Shown: one piece after another, positions 42,382 through 51,541 of the stretch | Layout: the number at the start of each line of letters is the position of its first letter | Numbering within the stretch: the stretch's first letter is position 1 | Origin: an uncultured Actinomycetota bacterium | Lineage (GTDB): Bacteria; Actinomycetota; Actinomycetes; DATJPE01 | Reading direction: 5' to 3' | Assembly (NCBI GenBank): GCA_963819985.1 | Contig: CAWFYH010000005.1 | Location: forward strand, 531,710-595,709 | Length of the DNA stretch: 64,000 nucleotides | Program-made: the position numbers and the translations under genes | The notes under the pieces: model-generated | Database searches by the model: none | What the model saw: only the letters and a program-made list of their open reading frames with translations | What the model was told of the DNA's origin: nothing

Positions 42382-42531
42382 CGGCAAGCGCTCACGGGGT
42401 CCTACCGGTTCAAGGGAACTGAGCGCCGCCTTGGACCTGCCGGCGCGGGAAAACTGCCCGACTCACCTGGGACTGCTGCCCCTGGACGGCGGGACTCTCC
42501 CGACTGAAGGCTGTTCGGATCAGTCTTGCCG
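42382..42531 (+). ncRNA. Candidate structured cis-regulatory RNA (unassigned)
   Basis: Nested helices, two loop-to-downstream complementarities and a 7-bp 5'/3' closing helix, found by hand. Confidence 0.4.
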
Positions 42532-42548
42532 AGCATGGGAGATACGCC

Positions 42549-43244
42549 ATGAACAATCGTTCACGCGGTTGGTTCGCTGCTGTTGCGGCAGGGGGTCTCG
42601 TCGTGATGGGCATGGGTATCGCCCATGCGAGCATCCCCGCCCCAGACGGCACCATCACCGCCTGCACGACAAGGGTCAGCACACGGCTCATCGACACCAC
42701 CAGCCAGCGCTGCCGGGGCAGCGAGAAGCCGGTGACCTGGAATGCAGCCGGAGTGGCGGGCGCCGTCGGGCCGGCCGGACCCGCTGGACCAGCTGGCGCA
42801 GCCGGCCCTCCCGGGCTTGCGGGCGCGCCGGGCGCCGTTGGGCCGCAGGGCGAACCTGGCCCGGCAGGGCCTGCGGGACAACCCGGCACGGGTACCTCGA
42901 CCCATCTCTACACCAGCGGACTCGTGAGAGTCATCGGCCTGGGAACCATCGCAACGCTCGAGCCGCCCTCGGGCGACTATCTCGTCACTGTGAGCGGGCA
43001 GTTGGATGCTGTCGGCGAGGCGGCTGCCAGCTGCGGCATCGCTGTCTACAACGAGGCCGCGCAGACCGAAACCCAGTTGGCCGTCATCCATGTGGACAAG
43101 TCCACCAACAACGGGGTCAGCGCGTCGATCCCTGCGCACACCGTTGACGGCGACTCACTGGTGTTCTACTGCGACTCGAGCAACAACACCTCCCAACTCA
43201 CGTATTCGGCGCTCAACGCACTGCGCATCGACCAAGTGAACTGA
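42549..43244 (+). CDS. Secreted collagen-like protein
   Basis: Signal peptide ending AHA; ITAC...C domain; ~16 Gly-X-Y triplets; beta-rich C-terminus. Confidence 0.8.
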   Translation: MNNRSRGWFAAVAAGGLVVMGMGIAHASIPAPDGTITACTTRVSTRLIDTTSQRCRGSEKPVTWNAAGVAGAVGPAGPAGPAGAAGPPGLAGAPGAVGPQGEPGPAGPAGQPGTGTSTHLYTSGLVRVIGLGTIATLEPPSGDYLVTVSGQLDAVGEAAASCGIAVYNEAAQTETQLAVIHVDKSTNNGVSASIPAHTVDGDSLVFYCDSSNNTSQLTYSALNALRIDQVN

Positions 43245-43418
43245 AGCAACGGAGCCCCAAACATGTGATGTCTTGTCGAAGCTGGTGCCGATCCGGGCTC
43301 AACTCGCCCGCGATCGGCGCGGTCTGAGAGGGCGGTGAGACCGCACGCCTGGCCCTTCGCCAACGACGTACCCGCGGTGCCTCTGGTGAGGACGCGGTCG
43401 GCAACCTAGGGTCCAGGC

Positions 43419-44855
43419 ATGTCGATCCCCATGGCGCCCCCGACCGATCCGGATCTTGAGCTGCCGACGGGCGCCGCTGATCTACCGGGACCTCGGAGCC
43501 AGGCCTGGTTCGACCGAGTCGACGGGCACCTCACCGGCACGATGGCCGACCATGAGCTGGTGCCGTTCGTCGCGGCCGGGAAGCGCGGCTACCTCATCGT
43601 GGATGCGGACGGCAACACGTACGCGGATCACATGTCGTCCTGGGGCGCCTCACCCTTCGGCCCGGCACCGGAGTCGGTCCGAGACGCGATGGATGCGGCT
43701 TGGCAGACCCACGGGATGCAGATCAGCGGATGGGTCCAGAACGAGCCCGCGTTGAACCTTGTCGAGAAGCTGGTCGAGATCGCTCCCGGTCGGCTCAACC
43801 GGGTTGAGTACTCGGTCACCGGCACGCTCGCGGTCGAGGGCGCCGTCAAGTTCATGCGGGAGGCGACCGGGCGCCCGTTGATCCTCACCTTCGGTGGTCA
43901 GTACCACGGCGAGTCCACCTACCTCACCGCCGGCGTGTCCAGCGACCTGTCGAACGTCACCTCGATGCGGGCCCAGTACGTCGCAGGTGTCATCACGGTG
44001 CCGTACCCCAATCGCTACCGATCTCCGTTCCGACCGGGACCCGGTCCGTTCGACGACACCGAGGTCCTGGACTACCTGGAGAACTACGTCCTGGTGCAGC
44101 AGATCCACCCCGACCAGATCGCCGGGCTGCTCATCGAACCGGTACTCGGCGAGGGTGGAATCCACGCTCCATCGCAGGCCTTCTGGGATCGCCTCGGCGC
44201 TCTCGCGAAACGATGGGGCTGGCTGGTCTGCCTGGACGAGGTCCAGACCTGCATGGGGCGTTGCGGCGAGATGTTCGCGATGCAACGCTGGACCGGCATC
44301 GACCCCGACCTGCTTCTTCTCGGCAAGGCGTTCGCAGCCGGCGGACAGCCGATCGCCGGGTTGCTGGGCACCGACCAGGTGATGGCGGCCTCGGACCTTC
44401 ACCTAGGCAGCACGTACGGGTTCACTCCTGCCGCGTGCGCCGGTGCGCTCGCCGGCATCGATCTGATCGAGAGCGCGGGGGTACTGGCAAACACCCGCCG
44501 GCTGGAGGAGGTCTTCCTCGAGGAGCTGACGCCGCTGATCGGCGAGGTCGAGCAGGTGGGGGACGCCCGAGCGGTCGGAGCCTTGGCGGCGTTGGAGTTC
44601 GTGCAGGACAAGGCCACGATACGCCCAGCCCCCGCCTTCCAGGTGGCCGTCTATCAGGCAGCCCTGAGCCGCGGAGTTCTCGCGATCACCCAGCGCGGGA
44701 AGTGGCACCTGCGGCTGCAACCCGCCCTCACCATGCCGCCGGAAGTTTTCCGAGATAGCTGCGCGAGGCTCAAGGACGCGGTCCGGGCCACGGCGGCCAA
44801 CCCACCCAAGGAGCACGAGCGAGTACTCGAAGCAGTCGCCGGCGAAGCCCGATGA
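43419..44855 (+). CDS. Class III PLP-dependent aminotransferase
   Basis: IEPVLGEGG, DEVQT, LLGKAF; TAGGGT 6 nt before ATG. Confidence 0.9.
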   Translation: MSIPMAPPTDPDLELPTGAADLPGPRSQAWFDRVDGHLTGTMADHELVPFVAAGKRGYLIVDADGNTYADHMSSWGASPFGPAPESVRDAMDAAWQTHGMQISGWVQNEPALNLVEKLVEIAPGRLNRVEYSVTGTLAVEGAVKFMREATGRPLILTFGGQYHGESTYLTAGVSSDLSNVTSMRAQYVAGVITVPYPNRYRSPFRPGPGPFDDTEVLDYLENYVLVQQIHPDQIAGLLIEPVLGEGGIHAPSQAFWDRLGALAKRWGWLVCLDEVQTCMGRCGEMFAMQRWTGIDPDLLLLGKAFAAGGQPIAGLLGTDQVMAASDLHLGSTYGFTPAACAGALAGIDLIESAGVLANTRRLEEVFLEELTPLIGEVEQVGDARAVGALAALEFVQDKATIRPAPAFQVAVYQAALSRGVLAITQRGKWHLRLQPALTMPPEVFRDSCARLKDAVRATAANPPKEHERVLEAVAGEAR

Positions 44856-44913
44856 CGACGACGCCGTCCGAGCGGGTCGGCGGCCTCCGTCACCGAGGCG
44901 AAGCGTTGTCCTC

Positions 44914-45171
44914 TTAGTCCTCCCTGCGCGCCTTTCGGCGGCGGTGCCGACGCATCACACCAAGCCCGAACCACACCAAGGCCCCGAACGCGGCCACGAT
45001 GACGGTGTAAAGCCAAAGCGGCGTAGTGAAACTCCAGAGAAGGAACTTGATCTCGACGTCCTCGTTGTTCTGGAGGATCACGATCAGCAGGACCGCAAAG
45101 CCGGAGATCGTCGCGATCGCCCCTCCGCCGAGTCCCCTTCCACCCTCGCCCTCTTCACCGGGTTGACTCAT
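44914..45171 (-). CDS. LapA/DUF1049 small membrane protein
   Basis: ILQNNEDVEIKFLLWSFTTPLW; AGGAG SD. Confidence 0.8.
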   Translation of the reverse strand: MSQPGEEGEGGRGLGGGAIATISGFAVLLIVILQNNEDVEIKFLLWSFTTPLWLYTVIVAAFGALVWFGLGVMRRHRRRKARRED

Positions 45172-45309
45172 CTGGCTCCTCTCGCACCAATCCGAATGTG
45201 CGACAACGAGATGATCGTGGCAGTCCTCGCGGCGGGGCAGCCCGATTTTACGGAAACCCGGCAAATTGGCGGTGGCCGTGGACTTTGAACTCCGCCCTCG
45301 GCAGTGCCG

Positions 45310-45630
45310 TCACGACGGATTGGCCACGAGGAACGGCAACCAGGCCTCCGCCGTCATCAGCCCCTCGGCAACCAGCCGCGCGGTCTCGTCGGGCAGGGCG
45401 AGCACGAAGGCGGCCACGAACGCGAGCGGCCCGATATGCAGCTCGGGGTGGTCCGCGTAGAGGTCGAGGCCGGAGCCGTTCGCCAAGAGCCGGGCACCCT
45501 CGGGGAAGAAGTGCCAGGACAGTCCAGAAGGACCCGCATGGGCCGTGGCCCAGAACAACGTCCAAGCGATGATCCCCACCCAGCAGGCTCCGGCGATCCA
45601 GCGGGTACGCCGAGGCTGCGCCTGCTCCAC
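45310..45630 (-). pseudogene. Probable N-terminal fragment of a membrane protein
   Basis: GGAGG SD; SWHFF..GARLL..LDLYADHPELHIGPL resembles the start of longer actinobacterial membrane proteins (from memory). Confidence 0.45.
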
Positions 45631-45693
45631 GACCTCACCTTCCTCCGCCGTGAGCGTAGGTTCGGCGCGATCGAACGAACGAACTGGCTCCTC

Positions 45694-48006
45694 TCAGACA
45701 GGAACGCCGAGGGTCGTCGCCTGGTCGTGGACGAGGCTGAATGCGCCTTCCTCCTCCTGAGCATCGTGGAGGCGGAGAATCGCGTACAGCCCGTAGAGCA
45801 GCCCGCGAAGCTCGACGACGTCCTCCACGTCGGCCACCTCGCCGTCGAGCTCCTCGAGCAGACGCGCGAACCGCCCGACCTGGTGCTCGATCTCGGCGTG
45901 ACTCCGACTCAGGGCGCCGGTCGGGTCGGCGCCGCCCAGTGCTCGTGCCAGGGCAGGGTAGAGCCGCTCCTGCTCGGCCCGCTCGTGCGGCAGCGTCTCG
46001 GCCTGCAGTCGATGCAACAGTGCTTCCGCGGTCACGAGACCACTCCCGTCGGCCGTGAGCGCATCGGCCACTACGCGCACCTGGTCGATGATCGGACGGA
46101 CCGCGCGGTGCTCGAGGTGGAGGCGCTTCAGCAGCGCCACATCGGCTGGCGGCATCACGACGGCCGCGGATGGCGGCGCAAGCACGGCGCGCAGCGCGAC
46201 CGCGATCGCAAGAACGTCGATGACCTCCTGGACGAGCGCGCCGGCGGCGGGAGGGAGCAGCCCGAGGGCCGCTGCGCCCATCGCGATGAGCGAGAGTCCC
46301 ATGCCGAGGGTGGCGGCCTGCATCGCGATCCGACGTGACCGACGGGCGACGAGGATGGCGTCGGCCAGGACACCGATCCGGTCAACCGTCAGGACGACGT
46401 CCGCCGTCTCCGAGGACGCCGTCGCCCCGCGCACAGCCAGCGCGACTCCGACTCCCGCGGTGGCGAGGGCGGGTGCGTCGTTGACTCCGTCCCCCACCAT
46501 GATGGTAGGGCCGTTGCGCGCCTCGTCCACGACGACGGCGACCTTGTCGGCTGGGTCACGATCGGCTTGTACGGCGTCCACGCCAACGATGCGTCCGACC
46601 GACTCCGCGATGTCGGCCCGGTCGCCGGTCACCAGTACGGTGCGCGCGATCCCCGCCGCGCGAAGAGCGCGCAGCATCCGAGGCGCATCGGGCCGGATGG
46701 GGTCCTCGAGCAGCAGGACACCGGCCGGTTGCCCGTCGACCGAGGCGAACACGGTCAGTGACCCGTCGAGGCTGGCCCGACGACGAGCGTGCCGCACCCA
46801 GGCCGGTGCGGTGCCGGGCACGATCCAGTCGGCCTTCCCCAGGCGCACCTGACGGCCCGCGACGCGGCCCTCCAGACCGTAGCCGTGGTGCTCGACGACG
46901 TCCTCGGGAAGGGTGATGTCGAGTCCGCGGGCGCGGGCTGCGGTCACGATGGAGGTGGCCAGGACGTGGGGTGAGACCTGGTCGAGGGATGCGGCAAGGG
47001 CGAGCAGCTCGTCCTGCCCGACGTCGGCGGGTGCGATCACCGCCGCCAGCACCGGCTTGCCCTGAGTCAGCGTTCCGGTCTTGTCGAAAAGCAGGACCCG
47101 ACCGGCGGCGAGCCGCTCGAGCGCTCCCCCGCCCTTGATGATCACGCCGATCTTGGCGGCTCGTGAAAGCCCGCTCATGATGGCGATGGGGGCCGCCAGC
47201 AGAAGCGGACAGGGCGTCGCGACGACGAGGACCGCCACGGCTCGGACGGCGTCACCGCTGAGCAGCCACGCGAGTCCCGCAAGGACGAGGGTGAAGGGGA
47301 CGAAGTAGATGGCGATGCGGTCGGCAGCACGGACGAACGGGGCGGAGGAGGCCTGGGCCTGCTCCACGAGACGCAGGACCCCGGCATAGGTCGACTCCGA
47401 GGACGAGGCTGTGGCGATGATCTCGATCGGGCCGCCCGCATTGACGACGCCCGATCGGATGTCGTCGCCCGCGGGTCGGTCGATCGGCAACGGCTCCCCG
47501 GTGAGGGCCGACTCGTCGAGCACGGCGGATACAAGCAGACGGCCGTCGACCGGGACCACCTCCCCGGTTCCGACGAGCAGCCGGTCGCCCCGCACGACCT
47601 CCTCGACCGGCACCTCCACGAGGGTGTCCCCCTGGTGGCGACGAGCCGTACGCGGTGTCCGGGCCACGAGCAGGCTCAGCTCGCGACGGGCGCGCGCCGC
47701 CGCGCGCGCTTCCAGAAGCACCCCCGTGGTGAGCATGACCGTGACCACCGCACCGGCGAACGGTTCGCCCACGGCGAGCGCCCCCGCGAGGGCGAGCAGC
47801 GCGATGACGTCGACGCTGGGCTGGCGGCGGCGCATCGCCGCCCACATGGAGGTCCCCGAGAGCACGAGACCCAGCACCGTCGCGGCGATCCAGGCGGTCT
47901 CAGCCGCGGCGCCGTTGCCGCGGACGAGGGCGACGACACCGAGCCCAAGCAGCGTCAGGCCGGTCACGAACCCGATCAGCTCGCGGCGGTCACGAAGCCA
48001 GGTCAT
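45694..48006 (-). CDS. P1B-5 heavy-metal P-type ATPase with C-terminal hemerythrin domain
   Basis: TGE, ATPCP, DKTGTLT, GDGVND, QEVID; His/Glu pattern HLEH..HERAE..HAEIEH..HDAQEEE. Confidence 0.92.
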   Translation of the reverse strand: MTWLRDRRELIGFVTGLTLLGLGVVALVRGNGAAAETAWIAATVLGLVLSGTSMWAAMRRRQPSVDVIALLALAGALAVGEPFAGAVVTVMLTTGVLLEARAAARARRELSLLVARTPRTARRHQGDTLVEVPVEEVVRGDRLLVGTGEVVPVDGRLLVSAVLDESALTGEPLPIDRPAGDDIRSGVVNAGGPIEIIATASSSESTYAGVLRLVEQAQASSAPFVRAADRIAIYFVPFTLVLAGLAWLLSGDAVRAVAVLVVATPCPLLLAAPIAIMSGLSRAAKIGVIIKGGGALERLAAGRVLLFDKTGTLTQGKPVLAAVIAPADVGQDELLALAASLDQVSPHVLATSIVTAARARGLDITLPEDVVEHHGYGLEGRVAGRQVRLGKADWIVPGTAPAWVRHARRRASLDGSLTVFASVDGQPAGVLLLEDPIRPDAPRMLRALRAAGIARTVLVTGDRADIAESVGRIVGVDAVQADRDPADKVAVVVDEARNGPTIMVGDGVNDAPALATAGVGVALAVRGATASSETADVVLTVDRIGVLADAILVARRSRRIAMQAATLGMGLSLIAMGAAALGLLPPAAGALVQEVIDVLAIAVALRAVLAPPSAAVVMPPADVALLKRLHLEHRAVRPIIDQVRVVADALTADGSGLVTAEALLHRLQAETLPHERAEQERLYPALARALGGADPTGALSRSHAEIEHQVGRFARLLEELDGEVADVEDVVELRGLLYGLYAILRLHDAQEEEGAFSLVHDQATTLGVPV

Positions 48007-48080
48007 GTCAGTCGCCCTCGGACCTCTGGGCCGGCCCATTCCGCCAGCCGCGCCACGGTCTCGCGCGCCCCGATCCACAT
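48003..48080 (-). CDS. 25-aa ORF coupled to the ATPase start
   Basis: GAGGAGG SD; MWIGARETVARLAEWAGPEVRGRLT*; ATGA overlap. Confidence 0.45.
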   Translation of the reverse strand: MWIGARETVARLAEWAGPEVRGRLT

Positions 48081-48143
48081 GGGCACCTCCTCGATCGCTC
48101 CCTGCGCCGTACCGTGCGATCGCACTGTCGGAAGTAGCTTCAT

Positions 48144-48171
48144 CATTATCTGCGTGACTACGCAAATAATG
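48144..48171. promoter_or_regulatory. ArsR (KmtR-like) operator palindrome
   Basis: CATTATCTGCGT-gact-ACGCAAATAATG, 11/12 inverted repeat between the divergent ATPase and ArsR genes. Confidence 0.75.
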
Positions 48172-48263
48172 ACACTCGTGCCCGCGTCAGTCAAGTGACC
48201 ACCACGTGGGCGGTCTCCCGAGAGGCGGTTGACCCTGGTCGACCAGTGCGTCACTCTCTGCGT

Positions 48264-48629
48264 ATGCCAGCAGATACGCAGCCGACCACCCTCGCGAGCG
48301 AGACGGCGCGTGCCGCGGCCGCGTCCTTGGCACTCCTAGCAGACGACACCCGCCTGAAGATCCTCTGGACCCTGATGCAGGGCGAGCAGCACGTCAACGC
48401 GCTGGCCGACATGGTCGGCGCCAAGGCCCCTGCGGTGAGCCAGCACCTGAGCAAACTGAGGCTGGCAAACATGGTCTCGGTCCGCCGCGAGGGGACCTAC
48501 GCCTACTACCGCGCGTCAGACGACCATATTTGCCGCATGGTGAGCTTGCTCGTCGATCACACCTCCGAGGAGCTCGAGGCCCTCGCCCAGGTCAGGGCGC
48601 TTCGCGCTCAAGCAGCCAAGAAGCGTTGA
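48264..48629 (+). CDS. ArsR/SmtB metalloregulator
   Basis: LADDTRLKIL, AVSQHLSKLR, RREG..AYY. Confidence 0.9.
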   Translation: MPADTQPTTLASETARAAAASLALLADDTRLKILWTLMQGEQHVNALADMVGAKAPAVSQHLSKLRLANMVSVRREGTYAYYRASDDHICRMVSLLVDHTSEELEALAQVRALRAQAAKKR

Positions 48630-48667
48630 GCGAAGCGCCCTCAGCTCAGCAGGGCCACGTGCATCAC

Positions 48668-49235
48668 CTACACGCCGGCCACTCCTGCAAGACGCCCGAT
48701 GAGTGCCGTCACCAGCATGGCTGCCATCCTGCCGAGAACGACGCGAAGCGTCGGACGGATCAGCGTCGAACCGGCGGCTCGGGCGCCGAGCACCCCGGCA
48801 AGTGCGAGGCCGAGGGGCCTCGCTGCTCGCGAGCTGGCCCAGGAATGGGATCGAGCCACCGATCGTAAAGCTGATCGAGGAGGCAGCCGCGGCCCGCACG
48901 GGCCGGGCCTTGGAGTGCTCGCCGCGCTCCTGGTAGATCCTCGTGAGCTCCTCGAGCTCTGCCGCAGGATGGGCCGTCAGCTCCGCGAACTCCTTCGCCC
49001 GGTCGGCGTCCTCCACGTCGGACTGCGCGCTCACCGACACGAACTCCCCGGCAGCCATCGCCCCGGCCGCGAGCCCGGCGATGCCAGCCGTGACGATCGC
49101 CCACGCCGACGCACCGCTTGCTGCGACACCGATCATCAGGCTCGACGTCGAGACCAGCCCATCGTTCGCCCCCAGGACTGCAGCGCGCAACCAGCCCGCC
49201 CGACCAGTCGCGTGCCCCTCGGAGTGCCCGGCCAT
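48668..49235 (-). pseudogene. VIT1/CCC1 Fe/Mn transporter remnant
   Basis: LRAAVLGANDGLVS, AGEFVSVS; internal deletions and a frameshift; 3' end (LAGVLGAR..ALIGRLAGV) in another frame. Confidence 0.8.
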
Positions 49236-49720
49236 CGCAGCGAAGAGGGCCATGCCATCACGATCGGCGCGCGACAGAGCTGTGTGGTCACGGACATCCC
49301 GCGCCGGACGCTCCGGTTCGTGCGACCGCCACGAGGTCGCGGGCTTGGCCAGTCCGGCTTCTTGCCGCACCATCCGCGGCAGTCTGTGAGCAGATCGGTG
49401 AGCACCGACGACAGCGACTGCGATCTCCAGTGATTGCGCACTCGGCGTTGTCGACTCATGAGCTCGCTCGTCTCGTACGCTGACGCCGTGGCGCCAGGGG
49501 CCATCCGAAATTCCCGGTCACCGGGATGTTCGAGCGGACGGTCGAGCCACGGCGGGCTCAAACGGCGTTGCGCAGGACACGTGGCGGTGGCGGTGGGATT
49601 TGAACACCCGCTACGCGTGTCCGTCCGGTGTTGCCCAGAAGTGGCTGGGAGTGCATCGTCGCAGGTCAGCGGCCTGATGGTGTCCCTCAGTCACCAGCAC
49701 CGTCCCCCAGTGTCCAGAGT

Positions 49721-49780
49721 TTCTGTGACCACTTCTGTGACCACTTCTGTGACCACTTCTGTGACCACTCCTGTGACCAC
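49721..49780 (+). repeat. 5 x 12-bp tandem repeat TTCTGTGACCAC (likely integrase arm sites)
   Basis: Four exact copies and one TCCTGTGACCAC. Confidence 0.9.
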
Positions 49781-49891
49781 CTGGCCGGCTCACTTGATGG
49801 CGACCGTGACTGTCGCGTAGCGATGGGCCGCGGCTGGCCGTCTCGGAGACAGCTCCACGCCGAGGTCGAGAGCGGACGTATGCACAAGGGC

Positions 49892-50905
49892 TCAGGTCTT
49901 GGGCGCCCGCTTGTACTTGCTCGCCTGATACTCCTTGACCCACTTGCGTGAGCTCTGCCAGGTGCCGTCAGGCATCTTCTGCGCGCGGAGTCGCCCCCGT
50001 GTGGCCGCCACCCGCAGCGCGTTCGACGTCAGGCCGGCCTTGTCCTCGACGAGGCTGGCCAGCGGGACGAGTCGGGCCGGGCCGGCTACGGCGGGGACGA
50101 CGAACCGGTACAGATTGTTGGTCACCGCCCGGGCGATGAGCTCTCCCAGCGGGCCGTAGTCACCGGCGTCGGAGCGCCGCATGGCCTTGAGGTACTGGAT
50201 GCGTTCGTTCTTGTAGACGATCGCGGGCGGGTACCCCAGGCGCAGGAGCGCAAGGTTCAGGAGCAGCCGGCCACTGCGCCCGTTCCCGTCGAGGAACGGG
50301 TGGATCTTCTCGAACTCGTTGTGCACCCGGGCCAGGCGCTCGGGGAAGGGCGCGGCCTCGTCGCCGTCCCGGAGGACTCTGAGGCCGGTTACCCAGTCGC
50401 GCATCAGGTGGTCGACGTCGGGGGACGGAGGCGGCTTCATGCCTTCGGCGAACGCGAGGATGTCGTGACGCCGCCAGTTGCCCGGCGACTCCTCCGGTGT
50501 CGCCTGCGGGTGTGGGGCCACGCCCCAGACGGGGGTCATCGCACGGAAGTGCACCTCGCGGACTTCCTGCAAGGACAGCAGGTCGCCGGTCGTCCACTCG
50601 CCGGGCTCCAAGCCCTGCCCGTACACCCATCGTGCGGCGTCGGCGTAGCCGATGACCTCCATGTACTCGCGCAGTTCCTTGGAGCCGACTGCGCGTCCCT
50701 CGTCGAGCAGCTTGCGCACCTGGTCGAGGACGAGGGTGTTGCCCTCCAGCGCCGTGGAGTGGTGCGCCTCCTGGTGCCAGAGGTCGTCCCAGATGTCATC
50801 GCCCTCCGCCGGCGTCGGCAGACCGCCTAGCCTCGTGTTGAGGTCAGCGATCGCCTCGTCGAGGCGCGTGTAGATGGCCTGTCGTGATGGGCGGCCGCCG
50901 GGCAT
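49892..50905 (-). CDS. Fic family protein
   Basis: HPFLDGNGRSGR motif; STALEGN inhibitory motif; GAGGAG SD before ATG 50905. Confidence 0.93.
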   Translation of the reverse strand: MPGGRPSRQAIYTRLDEAIADLNTRLGGLPTPAEGDDIWDDLWHQEAHHSTALEGNTLVLDQVRKLLDEGRAVGSKELREYMEVIGYADAARWVYGQGLEPGEWTTGDLLSLQEVREVHFRAMTPVWGVAPHPQATPEESPGNWRRHDILAFAEGMKPPPSPDVDHLMRDWVTGLRVLRDGDEAAPFPERLARVHNEFEKIHPFLDGNGRSGRLLLNLALLRLGYPPAIVYKNERIQYLKAMRRSDAGDYGPLGELIARAVTNNLYRFVVPAVAGPARLVPLASLVEDKAGLTSNALRVAATRGRLRAQKMPDGTWQSSRKWVKEYQASKYKRAPKT

Positions 50906-51111
50906 GGGGTGGTGTCGCTCCTCAGGTGTCCGGAACAAGTTGTTCGGTTCCGACTAAAGTAACTGTACCGAACACTTCAGACGCTGCCGCCCATCGGCGT
51001 GCTGCAGTTGGTTCGGCTGACTCTCCACAAACGGCACCGAACACTCCTCGCGGTGCGGACACCTCGGGCGCTGCGCCTCACCCGACTGCAGCCTCAGGAT
51101 GCCGGTTCGCT

Positions 51112-51507
51112 CGTCAGAAGGTCGCCCTCGACGATCCAACAGTGGCTGCACTTCGACTCCACCGGTCACGGCAGCTGCAGGAGCGGCTTGCTCTGGGAGC
51201 CCTCTACGACGACGGCGAGCTGGTCGTCAGCCTCGCTGATGGTCGACCGCTCCACCCGAAGGCTCTGTCGTACTACTTCGGGCGATGGGTCAAGCAGCTC
51301 GGCCTGCCCCGGATCCGCCTGCACGACCTGAGGCACACCCATGCGACGCTCGCCCTTCGCGCCGGCGTCCATCCCCGCGTGGTCCAGGAGCGCCTTGGAC
51401 ACGCGAACGTGTCCGTCACGTTGGACACGTACTCCCACGTCGACATGGAAATGCAGGCCATGGCGGCGGCTCGCGTATCGGCCCTTGTCACGGGCGATTC
51501 GGACTGA
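51112..51507 (+). pseudogene. C-terminal fragment of a tyrosine integrase
   Basis: RLHDLRHTHAT, ERLGHANVSVTLDTYSH; N-terminal part absent. Confidence 0.9.
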
Positions 51508-51517
51508 TTCCGCAGGC

Positions 51518-51541
51518 TTCTGTGACCATTCCTGTGACCAG
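51518..51541 (+). repeat. Two further copies of the 12-bp arm-type motif
   Basis: TTCTGTGACCAT-TCCTGTGACCAG directly after the integrase stop. Confidence 0.85.

Noticed and set aside
42393-42453. TPP or cobalamin riboswitch
   Set aside because: Superficial words (GGGG..CTGAG..ACCTG..GCG; AGGGAA) but no CTGAGA, no P5 arm, no B12 box, and the downstream gene does not fit
41246-43147. Long 633-aa plus-strand ORF and similar ones (58904-60760, 27157-28629, 29638-31005, 13259-14470)
   Set aside because: Antisense or off-frame shadows of well-supported genes, typical of high-GC DNA; no recognisable motifs
49582-49605. Additional tRNA gene
   Set aside because: Only the 3' 24 nt of tRNA-Ser are present; it is an att duplication
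49721-49780. CRISPR array
   Set aside because: 12-bp head-to-tail repeats with no spacers and no cas genes in the window
50931-50947. LexA SOS box upstream of fic
   Set aside because: GAAC-N5-GTTC spacing does not fit the actinobacterial CGAAC-N4-GTTCG consensus
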